A DNA stretch of 64,000 nucleotides from Podarcis tiliguerta (GCA_965153285.1 OZ229117.1); one strand, 5' to 3'. Positions 23,728 to 38,003 are shown, numbered from the stretch's first letter. Program-made: numbers and translations. The notes: generated by a model not told the origin, from the letters alone.

Positions 23728-24313
23728 TAGGTAATGGGCGAATCTGTCCATTTTAGTTTCTCTCAGATTTTATTTTATTTTTTCCACTCTTCAGTTCTCT
23801 ACATTTCCACATCAGCTTGTAGATTTTTTTTTTTTTTAAAGCAAGTCCTCATGAAAATTCAGCAACATTTTAGTGCACATGTCTCCTAATATTTGCATAC
23901 TAAGCATACTAAGCACGTATTTGTAAATCAGCTTCCCCTCTTTGCACGCTCTGCCTTCATATATGCATTTTTGTACGCATTACAGTGGTACCTCCGCTAA
24001 CCCAGAAATAGTACCTCAGGTTAAGAACTTTGCTTCAGGATGAGAACAGAAATCGTGCTCCGGCGGTGTGGTGGCAGCAGGAGGCCCCATTAGCTAAAGT
24101 GGTGCTTCAGGTTAAGAACAGTTTCAGGTTAAGAACGGATCTCCAGAACAAATTAAGTACTTAACCCGAGGTACTACTGTACTTGGCTAGAGAACTGTAC
24201 TGAAAAATTCAGAGAAGTGTGAATGTGTTTCAGTTCGTGTGTCGTTTCAAAAAGTGAACATTAGTTATGTTAGCCTGAAAATGTGAACTGAATCAAATTT
24301 CCCCCTATCGCTA
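23728..24313 (-). mobile_element. hAT-like family A copy, split by a Tc1/mariner MITE
   Basis: Reverse-complement similarity to 1691-2122. Confidence 0.6.
23983..24179. mobile_element. Tc1/mariner (Tigger/pogo-like) MITE
   Basis: TA-CAGTGGTACCTC..GAGGTACTACTG-TA. Confidence 0.8.
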
Positions 24314-26399
24314 GTGACAAGATATATTTTATAGATATAATGTGGGATACAGTGGAACAGAATTCACATCCATGGAACACGACTTCCCTGCCTTTGCTTT
24401 CCTGCTGCATCTCCTTGCACCACCTGCATATCTGCTCCTGGGGGTAGAGTGACCCTTGGGAATACTAGGAAATGGTGCATGGAGTTATAGATGGATGGGA
24501 ATTGACATTAATTTCCCCTTCCCTTAGGGGAGCAGAAGAGAAGCTTAGGATTCAATCCAATGTTCTTTGGCAGAGGCTAGCTAGAGATGTACAATCGAGT
24601 TGTACATGCATGTAGCACATCCAGCTGAATTACCAGCGATAATAGTGCTGAAACCAGTGATCTCTCCAAGGTGGGGGAGATCAAGGGTGCAAATGAATCC
24701 AGCCTTTGCTCTTGCCTCCCACACTATGAACAGACTATTACCAAATAACTGACTGGGTCTATGCATGCATAACAGTTTACCTCTGCTTGTGGGTATTGTG
24801 GGAAGTGTGCATGCAGCTTTTGTTTATGCAGTTCGATATCCAGTTGTGCAGAAGAGAGGAACAACTCCCATCATCCCTGGCCATTGGCAGTGCTGGCTAG
24901 GACTAATGGGAGTTGTAGTCCAGCAGCAGGTAGAGGAGATGCCAGTATATGCCCTCTGTGCAATATGAGTGCACCTTCATAACCCCCCGACAAAGAATGT
25001 GGGTACGTTGCAATAAATAGCAATGGCTAAGTGGCACTCTTGCACAACAAATGCGCCTTAAAAAACAACCTTTTGTGATAAGAAAAGTGACTGAAAACTG
25101 CAGGGAAAGGACAGAGTAACAACGATTTGACGGTGACACCATGTAACCTCCATGCAAATTTTGTGAAAACAAATCAGGATGATTGCACAATATATACTTC
25201 AGCGGGAAATGACCCAGATGTCAGTTTAAGCACAAACAAAAACAACACCCCACTTTATAAAAGCACCCAGCTAGTATATCTGGGAGAATAGACAGGTAAG
25301 TGTGCTATCTCCCCTCCCCACCCTTTTGCTGTTCCCTGACTTTTCTTGAGACTACTATAATCCATTTCTCTGGCTACCGCTTTCTGACCAGTTGGAATGT
25401 GTGTACTTTCTCTTTATTTTTCCAGGCTCATGAAATCTTTTTAAACTTACCCAGAGCATCAAATTGGACTCTGCTTGTTGGTAAATGTGGTAGCTTCCTC
25501 CTTTTCTCTTGCTGTTCTTTTCTCTATTGCCCCGACCCCAATCTATTACATATTTTAGACATAGATTCCAGCCCCTCCTTATCATAAACTCCTCCTTTTT
25601 TTAAAAAAAAAAGAATGTCTAAATCTCAATGTAGTTTGTTTGTATATATGTGTGTGTGTGTTCCCTTTTGCTACAGCATTTATACAGTTTGATTATCCAT
25701 TCCATGTACTTATCCCCCACAAAATATGCTTTTCTAAAACTTCATTGCTAAAAAAATCTAACATTGTTTGGTGCATGTTTTGAACCCAAATCAGAAATTC
25801 TGACTTGTGTTGTAGCTAATACATCTGAAATATTTTTGAGTTATGGAAATATTTAGAATTTTAATGAGATTTCACATTTTATAAGAAGAAAGCTACCTAT
25901 CTTCTAATCAGCAAATCAGATGTGATGGAAGATGGCAGGCAAATTTTAACAGCATTTACTAAGACACAAATTGTTAATTCTCATGTAAAATTGCATATGT
26001 ATGCTGTTTTTAAAATGCAAGTACTGAGAAGGGGGGGGGGGGGAGGAGAGAGAACCTCATTAAATAAATTGAAATAAAGCTTTAAAGCCAAAAGTCAACA
26101 ACTCATACTGAAGTTTTTGTTCTTTACAGCTTGAACATGACTTTCATGTGATTTTATGTTAAATTAACTGCTGTTTACTGTAGGTTACACTGCCGATGCA
26201 ATGTAATTCCTTCAGGGGGCGGGGACTTGAATGTAATAGGTAGGACATAGGGCATAAACCATATGTCGTATCTTAACAACCCCGAAAAATGTGTTCTGAT
26301 CAGTTGGGATCTGGGTACTACTCTTTCATATCCTCTGTTTCTGATGTTCAGCCCTCATATAGGCAAAATGGGGGCACCCATGCATAAGATGGTGGGGAA

Positions 26400-26574
26400 G
26401 GCCAAGGGCTATAGCTCAGTGGTAGAGTATCTACCTTGCATGCAAAGGTCCCAAGCTCAATCCCCAGCATCTCCAGGTAGGGCTGAGCATGAACCTTGAC
26501 TGAAACCTAGAAGAACTAGTGCTCAGATAGACACATAGTCTGACTTGGTCTAAGGCAGTTTTCTATGTTCCTAA
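26400..26574 (+). mobile_element. tRNA-derived SINE (Squam3-like)
   Basis: A box tagctcagtggtaga, degenerate B box, aaggcagttttctatgttccta tail. Confidence 0.65.
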
Positions 26575-27645
26575 GAGAAAGGTATCCATAGGCTTAAGGG
26601 AACCTCAAACTTTGCAGATGAGCAGAAAATATTTAGCAGGGGGATGCAGGGGGGGGGATGCAGCTGCAACTCTGGAAGCAACCAACCATCACACTCCCCA
26701 ATCTCAGCTCTTTCAACCATCCCACTCATGAACGCTGCCCTGCCCTACAGGGTAGGCACTTGCTGTCCAAGAGCTTTGCCATCAAAACAAATGATGTCCA
26801 GAGGGCCGTTAGCACAATGGACCCAGCATTACTCATGTATTAGTCATTATTTTTTAATCACAAGCTTTTTACTTTCACCCAATGAGATAGATCTGCTGAT
26901 GTCAGAGAGTGAACAGGTCAAAACCCACAGTGCTCTGCTGCTGAAATGGCACATAGGTTTTCGTTATGCCCAAGGATGTCTAACGTAGAAAGAATGTGTG
27001 AGAAAGATTAGGAGCATTAAAGTAAGGCCTCTGGATACATTTATTTCAAGGGGGCAGTTTTGCCGTGGTCAGATTAACGCAAGGGGTTGGTTTGGTGGGG
27101 GCGGGGGCAAGCCTGCCCAAAGAATTTGAGACCTCAAGTTTAATAAGGTACAGTGCACAGAGGTGTTGATGTGCTTTTTGGGTGTGTGTGTAAATAAAAT
27201 GGGGCATTAAAAATTTGAGGGCTGTATGCAACATTCTCTGTCTGCTAGTGGAAGGATTCTTACACTAGTAGATGGGTGAGTTTTAATTGTTTTGCACAAC
27301 AGAGGAATCCAACACAACAGTTGTACTAGCAAAAACTCCTTGCACAACAGATTGTGCCCAAAAATTACCAGCAATCTGCTCATGCATTCTCTTGCAGAAC
27401 AACATTCTGCTGGTGCAAAGGATTTCACCAGCAGAACAAGTATATCACTAAGTGACTTTAACTGAATGCTACATTGGATACAGCCCCATATCTTGATTAT
27501 CCCAGTCATAAATACAGTCTTGTGCTATCCGCAAGAAAAATCCTGATAGATCAGTCTAGAGATCTTTCTATACCACCATTCTGTTTCCCACAGATTTGGC
27601 TAGGCAGATCTATTTACAGCACAGTTCTTACCATGTCTACAGAAG

Positions 27646-28280
27646 TAGGCATGGGGGAAGCATCCAGTTCAGTTCAGATTCTACCTAATTTGCAGTTCTC
27701 AAAACTATGTACAAGTCAAAACACAGCTATCTGTTGAAATTCACACTTTCCTGAATTTTGCAATGCAATGCTCCAGCCAAATAATGAGTAGATTATGGAA
27801 AAGTTTGAATAAAAATGTATAAACTTAAAGGTAAAGGTACCCCTGCCCGTACGGGCCAGTCTTGACAGACTCTAGGGTTGTGCGCTCATCTCACTCTATA
27901 GGCCGGGAGCCAGCGCTGTCCGCAGACACTTCCGGGTCACGTGGCCAACGTGACAAGCTGCATCTGGCGAGCCAGCGCAGCACACGGAACACCGTTTACC
28001 TTCCCGCTGGTAAGCGGTCCCTATTTATCTACTTGCACCCGGGGGTGCTTTCGAACTGCTAGGTTGGCAGGCGCTGGGACTGAACAACGGGAGCGCACCC
28101 CGCCGCAGGGATTCAAACCGCCGACCATGCGATCGGCAAGTCCTAGGTGCTGAGGTTTTACCCACAGCGCCACCCGCGTCCCAAAAATGTATACATTAGT
28201 GAAAATAATTTATATACAAATGAACCATACTAGAAGAAATTGCTTGCTTGGAAAAATAAATACATTAGACAAAATTGAAG
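27646..28280 (+). mobile_element. hAT-like family A copy, split by a Sauria SINE
   Basis: taggcatggggg start; ctgaattttgcaatgcaatgctccagcc; continues after the SINE. Confidence 0.55.
27822..28182 (-). mobile_element. Sauria SINE (full length)
   Basis: 5' GGGACGCGGGTGGCGCTGTGG A box, GGTTTGAATCC B box, (ACCTTT)n tail; TSD AAAAATGTATA (27811-27821, 28183-28193). Confidence 0.9.
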
Positions 28281-28536
28281 GAGTGGGTTGGGGGATCTGA
28301 TGGGAAGAGTGTTTGGGGTGAGATGTGAGGGGAGGGGTGGCCAGGTGTAAAGGGAGAGTGGTTGGCAATGACATAGGGTTTTTTGTGGTAGTGGGTAGCA
28401 GATAGGCAGGGTTGACAAGCAATGCAAGCAGGGGAACAGCCCCTGGTCTTTGAACAGTGCTTTGAAAATTTTAGACACTTCGTGTTAGCAATGATTTAGA
28501 AGTAGGTACCACTGAATTCAATGTAATTTACAAGGT

Positions 28537-28881
28537 AAAGGGACCCCTGACCATTAGGACCAGTCGTGACCGACTCTGGGGTTGCGGTGCTCATCTTGCT
28601 TTATTGGCCAAGGGAGCCGGCGTACAGCTTCCGGGTCATGTGGCCAGCATGACTAAGCCACTTCTGGTGAACCAGAGCAGCACACAGAAACGCTGTTTAC
28701 CTTCCTGCCAGAGCAGTACCTATTTATCTACTTGCACTTTGACGTGCTTTCGAACTGCTAGGTTGGCAGGAGCAGGGACCGAGCAACGGGAGCTCACCCC
28801 ACCGTGGGGATTCAAACCGCCGACCTTCTGATCAGCAAGTCCTAGGCTCTGTGGTTTAACCCACAGCGCCACCCACGTCCC
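28537..28881 (-). mobile_element. Sauria SINE (second subfamily)
   Basis: Same head and body; 12-bp TSD AATTTACAAGGT (28525-28536, 28882-28893). Confidence 0.9.
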
Positions 28882-29040
28882 AATTTACAAGGTGGTGCTC
28901 TCCAAATATTGTTGGACTGCAGCTGCCCTCAGTTCCAGCCAGCATGACCAAAGGAAATTGTAGTCCAGCAACATCTGGCAGGCATTACCTTGGATAAGCT
29001 GGGGTTACAGCATTTTAGCCACCAGTGTACAAGACAAAAG

Positions 29041-29150
29041 GGTGGTATCCAACCAAGTTTAACTGAGGATAGACCAGTTGAAATGAATGGGCCTAACTTA
29101 GTCATGCTCATTCATTTCAATGAGTCGACCCAAAGTAAAACTTAGATGAA
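29041..29150. mobile_element. Palindromic MITE (gggttgtatccaa..ttggatacaaccc family)
   Basis: Hairpin agtagacccattgaaat..atttcaatgggtctact; relatives at 29654-29765, 42222-42325 and 62298-62420. Confidence 0.55.
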
Positions 29151-30263
29151 TCATGGGGAGTAGTCAACTTTCTGTAGCAGTCAACATATTGAGGTCTTGG
29201 AATGTGAGGTGTGTGTCTAATTATCCCCAAACCTGATAAACTAAAGAAGCCCCTTAGCCAATGGTGAATGTTAATGAAAGGCTTAGATTTGAAGTGCTGG
29301 AGACATTTGGAGATGAGACAGAATCACATCACTTCTAATCCTAGTCAATATTTGGACAGAGCAGAGCAATTGTCCCCCGCCCCCCACTGCCCCATTCACA
29401 TCCGGACACTCTAGAATGTTTAACACAGAATCACTAATCAGAATTAGATAGATAACTTCTACATAATCAGTTTCCAGCATACATTGGCATCATTTCCACT
29501 CTGCTTTTTGTTTGTGCTTTGCATTATCTAGTACATTGGGTAGCCATTAACTTTCATACACAGCCAGAACTTTGCAGCTGGAAGGATTTAGTGAGGATGC
29601 TAATAATTTATTCTCCAGCCCTCAACTCTCTCCACTATTCCATTAAAGTTGGTGGGTTGTTTTCAATTAAGTTCTACTTAGAATAGACCCACTGAAATGA
29701 ATAGATGTAAGTTAGTCAGGTCTGTAAATTTCACTGGGTCTACTCTGTGTACATGAATACAGCCCATCAGAATTTCTCTGACATAAATGCATAAATTATG
29801 GCTCACACAAGTACAAGCTATGGAGAATGAGCACGAAGCAATAGCTAGGGAGTTGGACTTGGACTAGGGGGACCCAGGTTCAAACCCCTGGTGGGCTATG
29901 AAACTCTCTGGATCACAATGGGCCACTTGCTCAATGTATCCTACCTCACAATGTTCCTGTGGGTCAAAAGAGTGGTGACCTCACCTATGAGCATCCTGAG
30001 CATTTGGGGAACATTGAGGGGAAGGGTGGGGCATCAGTTTGAGAGGTGGTAGGCTGCACAACAAAAATAGTCTTGAACATTTTAGGCTCTTATAAAGGAG
30101 GTTTGGTGGCATACTGCACATGCTTAGTAATTCAAATCTGCATAGTTGCATAAAATTGAAGTGTTTTATTTTCAAGGACCAGGGTTTATTTTTTAAATGA
30201 TAATTATATATTTCATTTATATTCTGCCTTTCTTCCTAAAAGCTCACAGGAGTGCACATAGGT

Positions 30264-30399
30264 CGGGCACAGGCAAACTCGGCCCTCCAGATGTTTTGGG
30301 ACTACAACCCCCATCATCCCTAGCTAACAGGACCAGTGGTCAGGAATGATGGGAATTGTAGTCTCAAAACATCTGGAGGGCCGAGTTTGCCTATGCCTG
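30264..30399. mobile_element. Palindromic hAT MITE
   Basis: Long inverted arms ggcaaactcggccctccagatgttttg.gactacaa; 8-bp TSD acataggt/acacaggt. Confidence 0.85.
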
Positions 30400-32229
30400 A
30401 CACAGGTCTTTTGACATTCCTTTTCTTAGCTTCACCAAAACCCACTGAGAAAGGCTTTATGCAAGCTAAATTTCCTCCCAGCCCCTCGCAGACCTACCCT
30501 GCTGGCTCTCTTTAAAATCTTGGGTGGGTGTGTTTTTTTAATCTGGCAACAAAATAAACAAGCGAATAAGCAAACAAGCTTTTTGTTCTACCTCTAGTGT
30601 CAGAGCCAGTATGGCTCTGAATGCCAGCTTCGGGGAATTTCAAGCACAGAGTGTGTTACTGTTGCACTCAGGTCCTGCTTCCCAGAGGCATCCAGTTGGC
30701 CACTGTGTGGACATAGGGCTGGACTAGATGGGCCTGATCCAGCAGCCAGGCTCTTACGTTGCTAAGCAAATTAAAATAAAATGCAAAGCCAAGCTAGAGA
30801 GAAATGGACAGTTATGTGAGAATCTGTCACTTTCATGTTTTCTCATGACCTGTTCTTTTTTAAAATGTTTTAAAAAGGGCAGAATTTCGCACTACAATAA
30901 GTGATTTGGCTTGACACCGGATTCCTGCAAAGAAGCTGCCAGGTTTTGGTACTGGCAGGACACTTGATGTCCAGTCTCCCCATTAATGAAGGAAATAAAC
31001 AGCCTTGCTTGTTTTCCTTCTGCCAGCCCAGACAAAGTGAACTTTACATCCAGCAGTTGTCCTGGATTTGATCTTGGGGTCAGGAGTACAAGTGTTTCAA
31101 TGGCCAGTGAGTATGTGTGTTTTTCTGCTCAAACAGCAATGATTCACAAGCTCATTATCTCCTTTATCACCTGTTTTTGAAACAATGGAATGATCAGGAG
31201 AGTATCATCTTCAAGGCTGTTTGATGGCAGGTGGTGGATTTAGAAGTACTGCTTCCTCCCGGTGGAAGAGCTCCAGAATCATTTTCATGATCAAATTCAC
31301 AAGGCTGGTTTGTTCTGTGAGGAAACATATGTGAGTGACACATAAAGGTGGGCCACCAGAAGCCTCCTGAGAATGTGACACTATTTGTCACATTCAAAGA
31401 AGATCCTGTACTTAGTCCAATGGCTGCATTATGTTTTTGATTCATAGCACTGCTAAGGATCAACAGTGCAGGTCTGCCCTGCCTCTGGTCATCTTGGCAG
31501 AGGTATATTTTTCTGCAGGATATATCTATTGTTTTGGCTTCTTGACTACCCTTGTGGTTGGTTGGTTTCCTCTTTAGCTTTTCCTAGTCTGTATTTGTTT
31601 GTCTTGTCATCTCCCCCTTCCTTCATTGACATTAAATCAACCAACCAACCAATCAATCAATCAAATTCCCTGGGTACACACCCTAATGAAATACACTGCA
31701 CATGCCAAGTCCACACTGATGAACACTTAAAAGAAGTCATTTTAATATATATGAAGTGGCAGAAAATTTGAAGAGATTTGTTCCAATTTATGGATTCTGT
31801 ATCTGATTTACTTGTGCACATCTAGCATTTTCAGACCTGCCGATTGCTTCAAAGGCTCTCTGCCCATTCCACCACCACCACCAGAGTGTTTTTATCACTT
31901 ACTGTAAGTGTGCTAATATAATGTTTTAATTAAACATATAAAGTGCATCAAATAAATTTATGGATGCTGCCAAAATTGGCAGAGGGGTGGGATGAAAACA
32001 AAGTCTTCTCTTTGCAAAATTTCTTGTTGTCTGCACCATGTTGTGAACCTGTTAGGTTTAAATGTTTCAGCTGGTGTCTATAGAACAAGGGTTGAGATTC
32101 CTGACCCAACCTGCTATCATATGCTGGGCATTAAAAGCACCATAACAGGGACTGTCGCAAGATATCTCACTGCAATAACAAGCACTAACAGTTAGCCTTG
32201 CCTTTTGAACAACAGTGTAATGCTAGATT

Positions 32230-32545
32230 TAGGGATGAAGGAGAAATCTGATCCAGTTTGCAGTGAAGGCAATCATACTGGATTGGCACTTTCTGAAGCA
32301 TTACATGAACTGAAACAAAATCCCACTTCAAAATTTGCACTTCTCTGAATTTCACAGTGCAGTTCTCCAGCTAAGTAACATGTACAAAATGCATGTATTT
32401 TGGTAGAGCATATCATTGGGTATATTAGTGAAAACAACATACAAATATGCACTTTGTTAGATAAAATTGCATACAAAATTGTGTGCATTAGGAGAAATTC
32501 ACACTAAAATGCTGGTGAATTTTCTTTTTTTTAAAAAAAAAAGTT
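32230..32545 (+). mobile_element. hAT-like family A copy (partial)
   Basis: TAGGGATG start and shared internal motifs. Confidence 0.6.
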
Positions 32546-34059
32546 CATACCTAATATGAACATCACAATCAGATTTGGCAGAGCGGAGCAAAAATGAATG
32601 ATTCCTTTTCCCCACAAGCAGGAGAGTAGAAAAATGTTATTCAGCATTTTTCTGCAAGGAAGACTCCCCCCCCCCCACACACAATTTTTCCATGACAGAG
32701 TCAATGTCCAGGAAGTCAATGATTTCCAAGAATGACACGGATAACCTGTAATAGGAAAGGTAAAGGTTGACCCATTGAGACATGCAGATAACCTGCTTTG
32801 GCCATTTCCAATAATATGTAACATGCCATTCTTAGGTTAAGGAAAGCTAACTAAATATCACATTCCCTAATTGCAATAATTAATGGGTAGAAAGGTTATT
32901 CCAGGATACATGGGCAGCTTGTTTTAGTGAAGGCTCTATTATCAGGCTACCAACGTAACTTCACTGAGAGTTTGAAAAATAAAGCTTTTTCCTTTTGCTA
33001 TCAGAGAAACTTATGCACCCCGCACCCCCCACACACATTTATTCCACATGACTTTAGGTAATTGCACATATGAGCAGTCTGGCATAATTGCTGGCATCTA
33101 CGTGATGCCATTTGGATCCTGTAGTCACATAGGGGCAACAGCAATGGTGGCTGATGTCCGTTGGGTGGAAGGCTAATGTCTGAGCAATGAGTCTACTTAG
33201 TCCTCAGTCCTATGCTATTTCCTATCATGCTCCATTAGCAAGAAAGAGATAAATTCATTTGACAGGTTGTTTTCAACTGCCCCCTCTCCAGACATCTTTT
33301 TATTGTGCATTCTTGATTATTTGTGCTCATGACTGAATGAGGGTGGTTAGCTGCAATCCTGCTTTTAATACTGTTTGTGCCTACAAAGGCTTCAGGGTGC
33401 AAGTACTTCTTTGTTTTCCATCAGTGCATGTCCTGTAACTTCCTGCTGAAATCTTGCACCTCCTTAGACCACAAATGTTCAGGGTATGTGTGTGTGTGTG
33501 TGTGTGTGTCACTCTTGCTGTGTGTCCCCTCCAGACAGCAATAATGCAATCACACTGGGGAAGCATCACAGAACAACTAAAGAAGGGGAATGACATGTGG
33601 CTGGTTCACTATAAACACACCACTATTGCACAATGATTGTGTCAATGGCATGTTGCAGAATATATCTGCAAAAGAGAACATTGCTCTGGAGATGCCCTCA
33701 ATCTTGTCTGTGATCAGATAACTATTGGAATGTAATATGGGATACTATGTTAGTATCTACTCCACTACCGAGACAGATAATTCACTAGCAAATCAAATCA
33801 AGAAATTATTCTGGAAACATCTTGGGGACATAAGCAAATAACACATCACCAGTATTTTTTAACAACTTCCAGCCTTAATCAGGTCTATACTGCCATGAGT
33901 GTGGCAACTGCCAATTCTAGTGGAGGCCAATTACACCCGGAATGTAATCGTCCGGGCATGTTTTGAGTAAATAGTTAACTCTTCTCACTTGGAAGAAGCA
34001 TTTATTGAAAAGTTTGCCTTCACATACAAATGCAAATGATATGTGAATGTTTCATCTTT

Positions 34060-34215
34060 NNNNNNNNNNNNNNNNNNNNNNNNNNNNNNNNNNNNNNNNN
34101 NNNNNNNNNNNNNNNNNNNNNNNNNNNNNNNNNNNNNNNNNNNNNNNNNNNNNNNNNNNNNNNNNNNNNNNNNNNNNNNNNNNNNNNNNNNNNNNNNNNN
34201 NNNNNNNNNNNNNNN
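34060..34215. other. Assembly gap (156 N)
   Basis: Run of N. Confidence 1.
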
Positions 34216-34652
34216 ATCTCTCGCAGCTGTGTGTGTCAGAATATGCAGGCAGATTAGGCAGCTGATAGGGAGAGAGAGAGGGAGGGAGGGAGAGAGGGTG
34301 GGGGCGAGTGATGGGAAAGAGGGACTCTGTCATCAACCTAACAAGAAAGACTGGGGGTGGGGGAGAGAGAGAGAAAGAGAGAGAGAGAAGAGGAAAAAGA
34401 GAAAGATACAGTCCATTCCCTAGGCGTCCTTCCTACAAGTAGGAGAGGCATTCAGGAGATTTTCAAAGGTCTGCCAGGGTGTTGCACCTGGCTCCTGTCA
34501 CGTCGGAGGGCAGGATGAAATGAGTCAGAGGTGAAAGGAGGTAAAAGAAGTCTGGAGCCAGCTCTACAGCAGAGCCAGCTAATTGCTGGGGTTGGTGGCA
34601 TAGCAGTGAGGCAATCACCGTGAGGTGGTGGCAGCAGGAGTTCCCCTTAGTG

Positions 34653-34895
34653 CAGGGGTCGGCAACCTAAGGCCCATGGGCCACAAGCGACCCACGGGAG
34701 TCATTTAACCGGCCCACGAGCCCCCGCGAACTGAGCTGCTCGCTCAGCGAGTCCCCGTGCGCTGTGCTAAACCAGTGCAGTGCGGGGACTTGCTTCCACG
34801 GCACCGGAAATCACGTCTGCGGGTGCGCTCAGGCCCACGGAGGGATCTCCGCTGGAGTGAACAGGCCCAGGCAAGGTAAACCTTGCCAACCCCTG
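34653..34895. mobile_element. hAT-Charlie-like MITE
   Basis: TIR CAGGGGTCGGCAA..TTGCCAACCCCTG; 8-bp TSD ccttagtg/ccttagag. Confidence 0.85.
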
Positions 34896-35679
34896 CCTTA
34901 GAGTACAGAAAGCTTCCTTATAATGGAACAGCCCCTTGGTACATCTGGCTTAGTATGACCTACACCAGGGGCCCTTTTTAGCCCAAAGGCCACATTCTAT
35001 TCTCAGTGATTTTCCAGGAGCCACATGCCAGTGGTGTCCAGGGCCAGAGACAAAAGTGGGCAGAGCAACAAATGTGAACACTCCAAACACACACATCACC
35101 TTTCCACCTAAGCAAGAGGCACCACCAGCATTCAAAAACACATTCCAGTCAGAAACAGGATGCTGCTGGAAATCAGAGGTGTGTGTTCTGGCCTGCTTCC
35201 CTCACTTACAGCGGAGGATGCTAATTCAACACTGGTGATAAAGTAGGATTAAATTGCCAGTCCAGACACCTTCTGTACATGGAATGGGGGCAGGGAGAGG
35301 CACCATCTTGTCCTTTGCTTCAGGAAGTACCGGTAAAATGGCTTGGGCCAGTTCTGTTAATTGCTCAGACCAATAAGGAAGCTTGAGTTGGAGGACTTTC
35401 TAAGTCACAGGTAGAAACATCTGACCATTTCTGGCCTATCACTGTTAAGAGACTTGCTTACTGGTGTTTTAACTACCTGGCAGCTATTCCTTTCGCCTGG
35501 GGTAGGAAACCTTTTTCACCCTGAGGGCCACATTCCCTTTTGGGGGGAATCTTCTGGGGGTGGTCACATGCCACTGGTAGGTTGGGCTAGAGACAAAAGT
35601 GGGTGGAGCAACACACACTCACACACTCTTCTCTAACCACAACCTAGGCAAGCAAGGAGTCATGAAGCTGGAATTTTAG

Positions 35680-36015
35680 GTCATTCAGGACCGGAAAAAG
35701 AACATACGTCTCCACAAAGCGCATAGGTCATCTGTGGAACTTGCTACAACAAGATGTAGAGATAGTCATCAACCTGGACAACTTTAAAATGAGGATTAGG
35801 CAAATTTATGGAGGGCAAGGCTTTCAGTGCCTACAAATCGCAATGGCTATCAGAGGAAGTTTGCCTCTGAATATTAGTTGCTGGGGAACAAATGTGGCAG
35901 AGGGCTATTGTGCTCATGTTCTGCATGTGGGTTTCCCACTAGCCACTGTGAGAATAGGACGTTGGGATACATGGACATTTGTTGACCCAGCAGTGCTCTT
36001 TTCATGTTTCTATGC
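35680..36015 (+). mobile_element. Old CR1 LINE 3' fragment
   Basis: Degraded ORF2 C-terminus plus 3'UTR (agccactgtgagaatagga..cttttcatgtttctatg); related pieces at 30605-30762, 36612-36865, 59100-59240 and 60590-60718. Confidence 0.55.
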
Positions 36016-38003
36016 AATACAAGATGCCCTGGAAAAATCTTAGTCAAACAAATCAAAACAAGATATACTGTGTTGCAACACAGTATGTCTTGATTTGTTT
36101 GTCTAAGATTTGGTGGGTGGTTCAACACATCTTATCCAACCAGTGCATCTACTGAACAAGTCAATGACTCATAAAAATGGTTGTGTGGAGCATGTCCTTA
36201 GCACTGATTCCTATGGGATGTGATAATTTTCGCACATGAAGGACCATGTGCACAATGACCTATATAAAAGTACAACAGGAATGTGGGACAGGAGGCTGTG
36301 GCAACATACCCTGGACAGACTACATAGATTGGTTGGCCAATCAGCATATTCATAGCTCAATAGACTCTTGTGTTGAAGTTCATGTACAAATGTGCATTTC
36401 CCCCCCACTGCTATAATATCTGTCGTACTTTTATGCTGCTCTTCCTTTAAGATCATGGTGGCATACCATTGTGCTTATAATATTGTGAGATTTGGATGGG
36501 TTGGGTGATTCATTTACCCAATTGTGTTTTGGGTGCAAAAATGTACCTAATCTCTTCACCCTCCCAGCATACCTGTTGGATCTCTGATGTCTTTTTAGAA
36601 ACAAAGGAATACAGAACATAAGCAGAGCTCTGCTGGATCAGGCCAAAGTCCCATCTATTCCAACATCCTCTTCTCACAGTGGTCAACTAGATGCCCATAG
36701 AAAAAGCCTGCAAGCAGGACCCGAGCAGGCACTGGTTGCCTTATTGTACAGTATATGAATTTATCAACCCTCCCTTTAAAGCAATCTAAGTTGGTGACCA
36801 TCATTAAATCTCGTGGAAGCAAATTCTGTATTTTAACTATGTTGGCTATGAAGAAAGTGCTTCTTCACACTGGGCTTGTCCACACTTCTGCTTGTGCTGT
36901 GCCTAGGAAGCACAGGTCTGAGTGGTTTTCCACTTGACCCATGCTTTCTAGGAACAGGTACGAGAAGGTTTCCCCCTTGCCCCACTCCTTTCCAAGGGAA
37001 AACCTGCTCTTTAGTGATAGATCAGAACAATGAGAGAGCTCCACTACTGAGGCCTCTCCTAGGTTCTTGTTTAAAAACCTGGTGCTAAAAGCACCAACTG
37101 GCAGGTGGGTCTGGCTGCCATTTAAATTCCCCACAATGCCATTGAGCATTTGTGAGAAAATAAATTAGTGGCTAGCCCCAGCCACATGTCCATGTTTAGA
37201 CTGGTGCTGTTGCCTACCACTGTTGCCAGGTAATCCCACCAGGATGTATAAATGTAGAAGAGCACTTATTGACAGAGGAAGGGGCCCAGCATTTCAGGAT
37301 GTCTAGGGCACCCTGAAATGTGAAACTGAAAGTGATTCTCTCTATGTAAAGGTTAAAAAAAATAATGATTCCTTATGACTATAATGCCCATGATGCAGTG
37401 CTATTGTGAGTGAATTACACAGAGGTTGTATGAGGTTATGGCTGTAATCCTAAAGACTGTTGTCTGGAGTTAAAGCCCAACAATCTCAGTGGGAATTACT
37501 TCTGAGTAAACTTGCCTATATGTGTTCTCTAAATATAGCAAATATGGGATTAAATATAATAAGTGGAGTAGTGAAAGAAAGCTAACAAGAATCATGATGG
37601 GGTTTTGTTGCCAAAATCCATGGCTCGGGCGGAAAAAGCCTCTTGCACATTTTGTGACGGAATTCTGCAGGGAAGCCTTGCACATCCCTAATTATATTTT
37701 TACTTATTAAATGTCTTACTTAGAAGCTTTGCATTTAACCTGATTTTAAAAGAGAGGTTTTGTTTCAAGTTGAAAAGACAGAAGCGGGGGGATGAGGAAC
37801 ATAGGCTGCTACGTGATGAAGCAATAGTCTGTAAATTCCTTTATTCCGCTGAGATGTTCTGTTTTGCACAAAGCTTCAGAATGCATACATGGGAGCCTGA
37901 CTGTTAGCCAAGGTCTGTCAGGTCAAATATCCACTTTTCGAAAAGACCCTTGAGCACATATTGCTGTAAAGGAGCCATTAATGCTTATCAGGAAAAAGGC
38001 TGC

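Noticed and set aside
26400-26475. tRNA gene
   Set aside because: It is a degenerate tRNA-like SINE head that continues into the SINE body; many similar copies occur
34030-34423. ORFs spanning the N run
   Set aside because: Artefacts of the assembly gap
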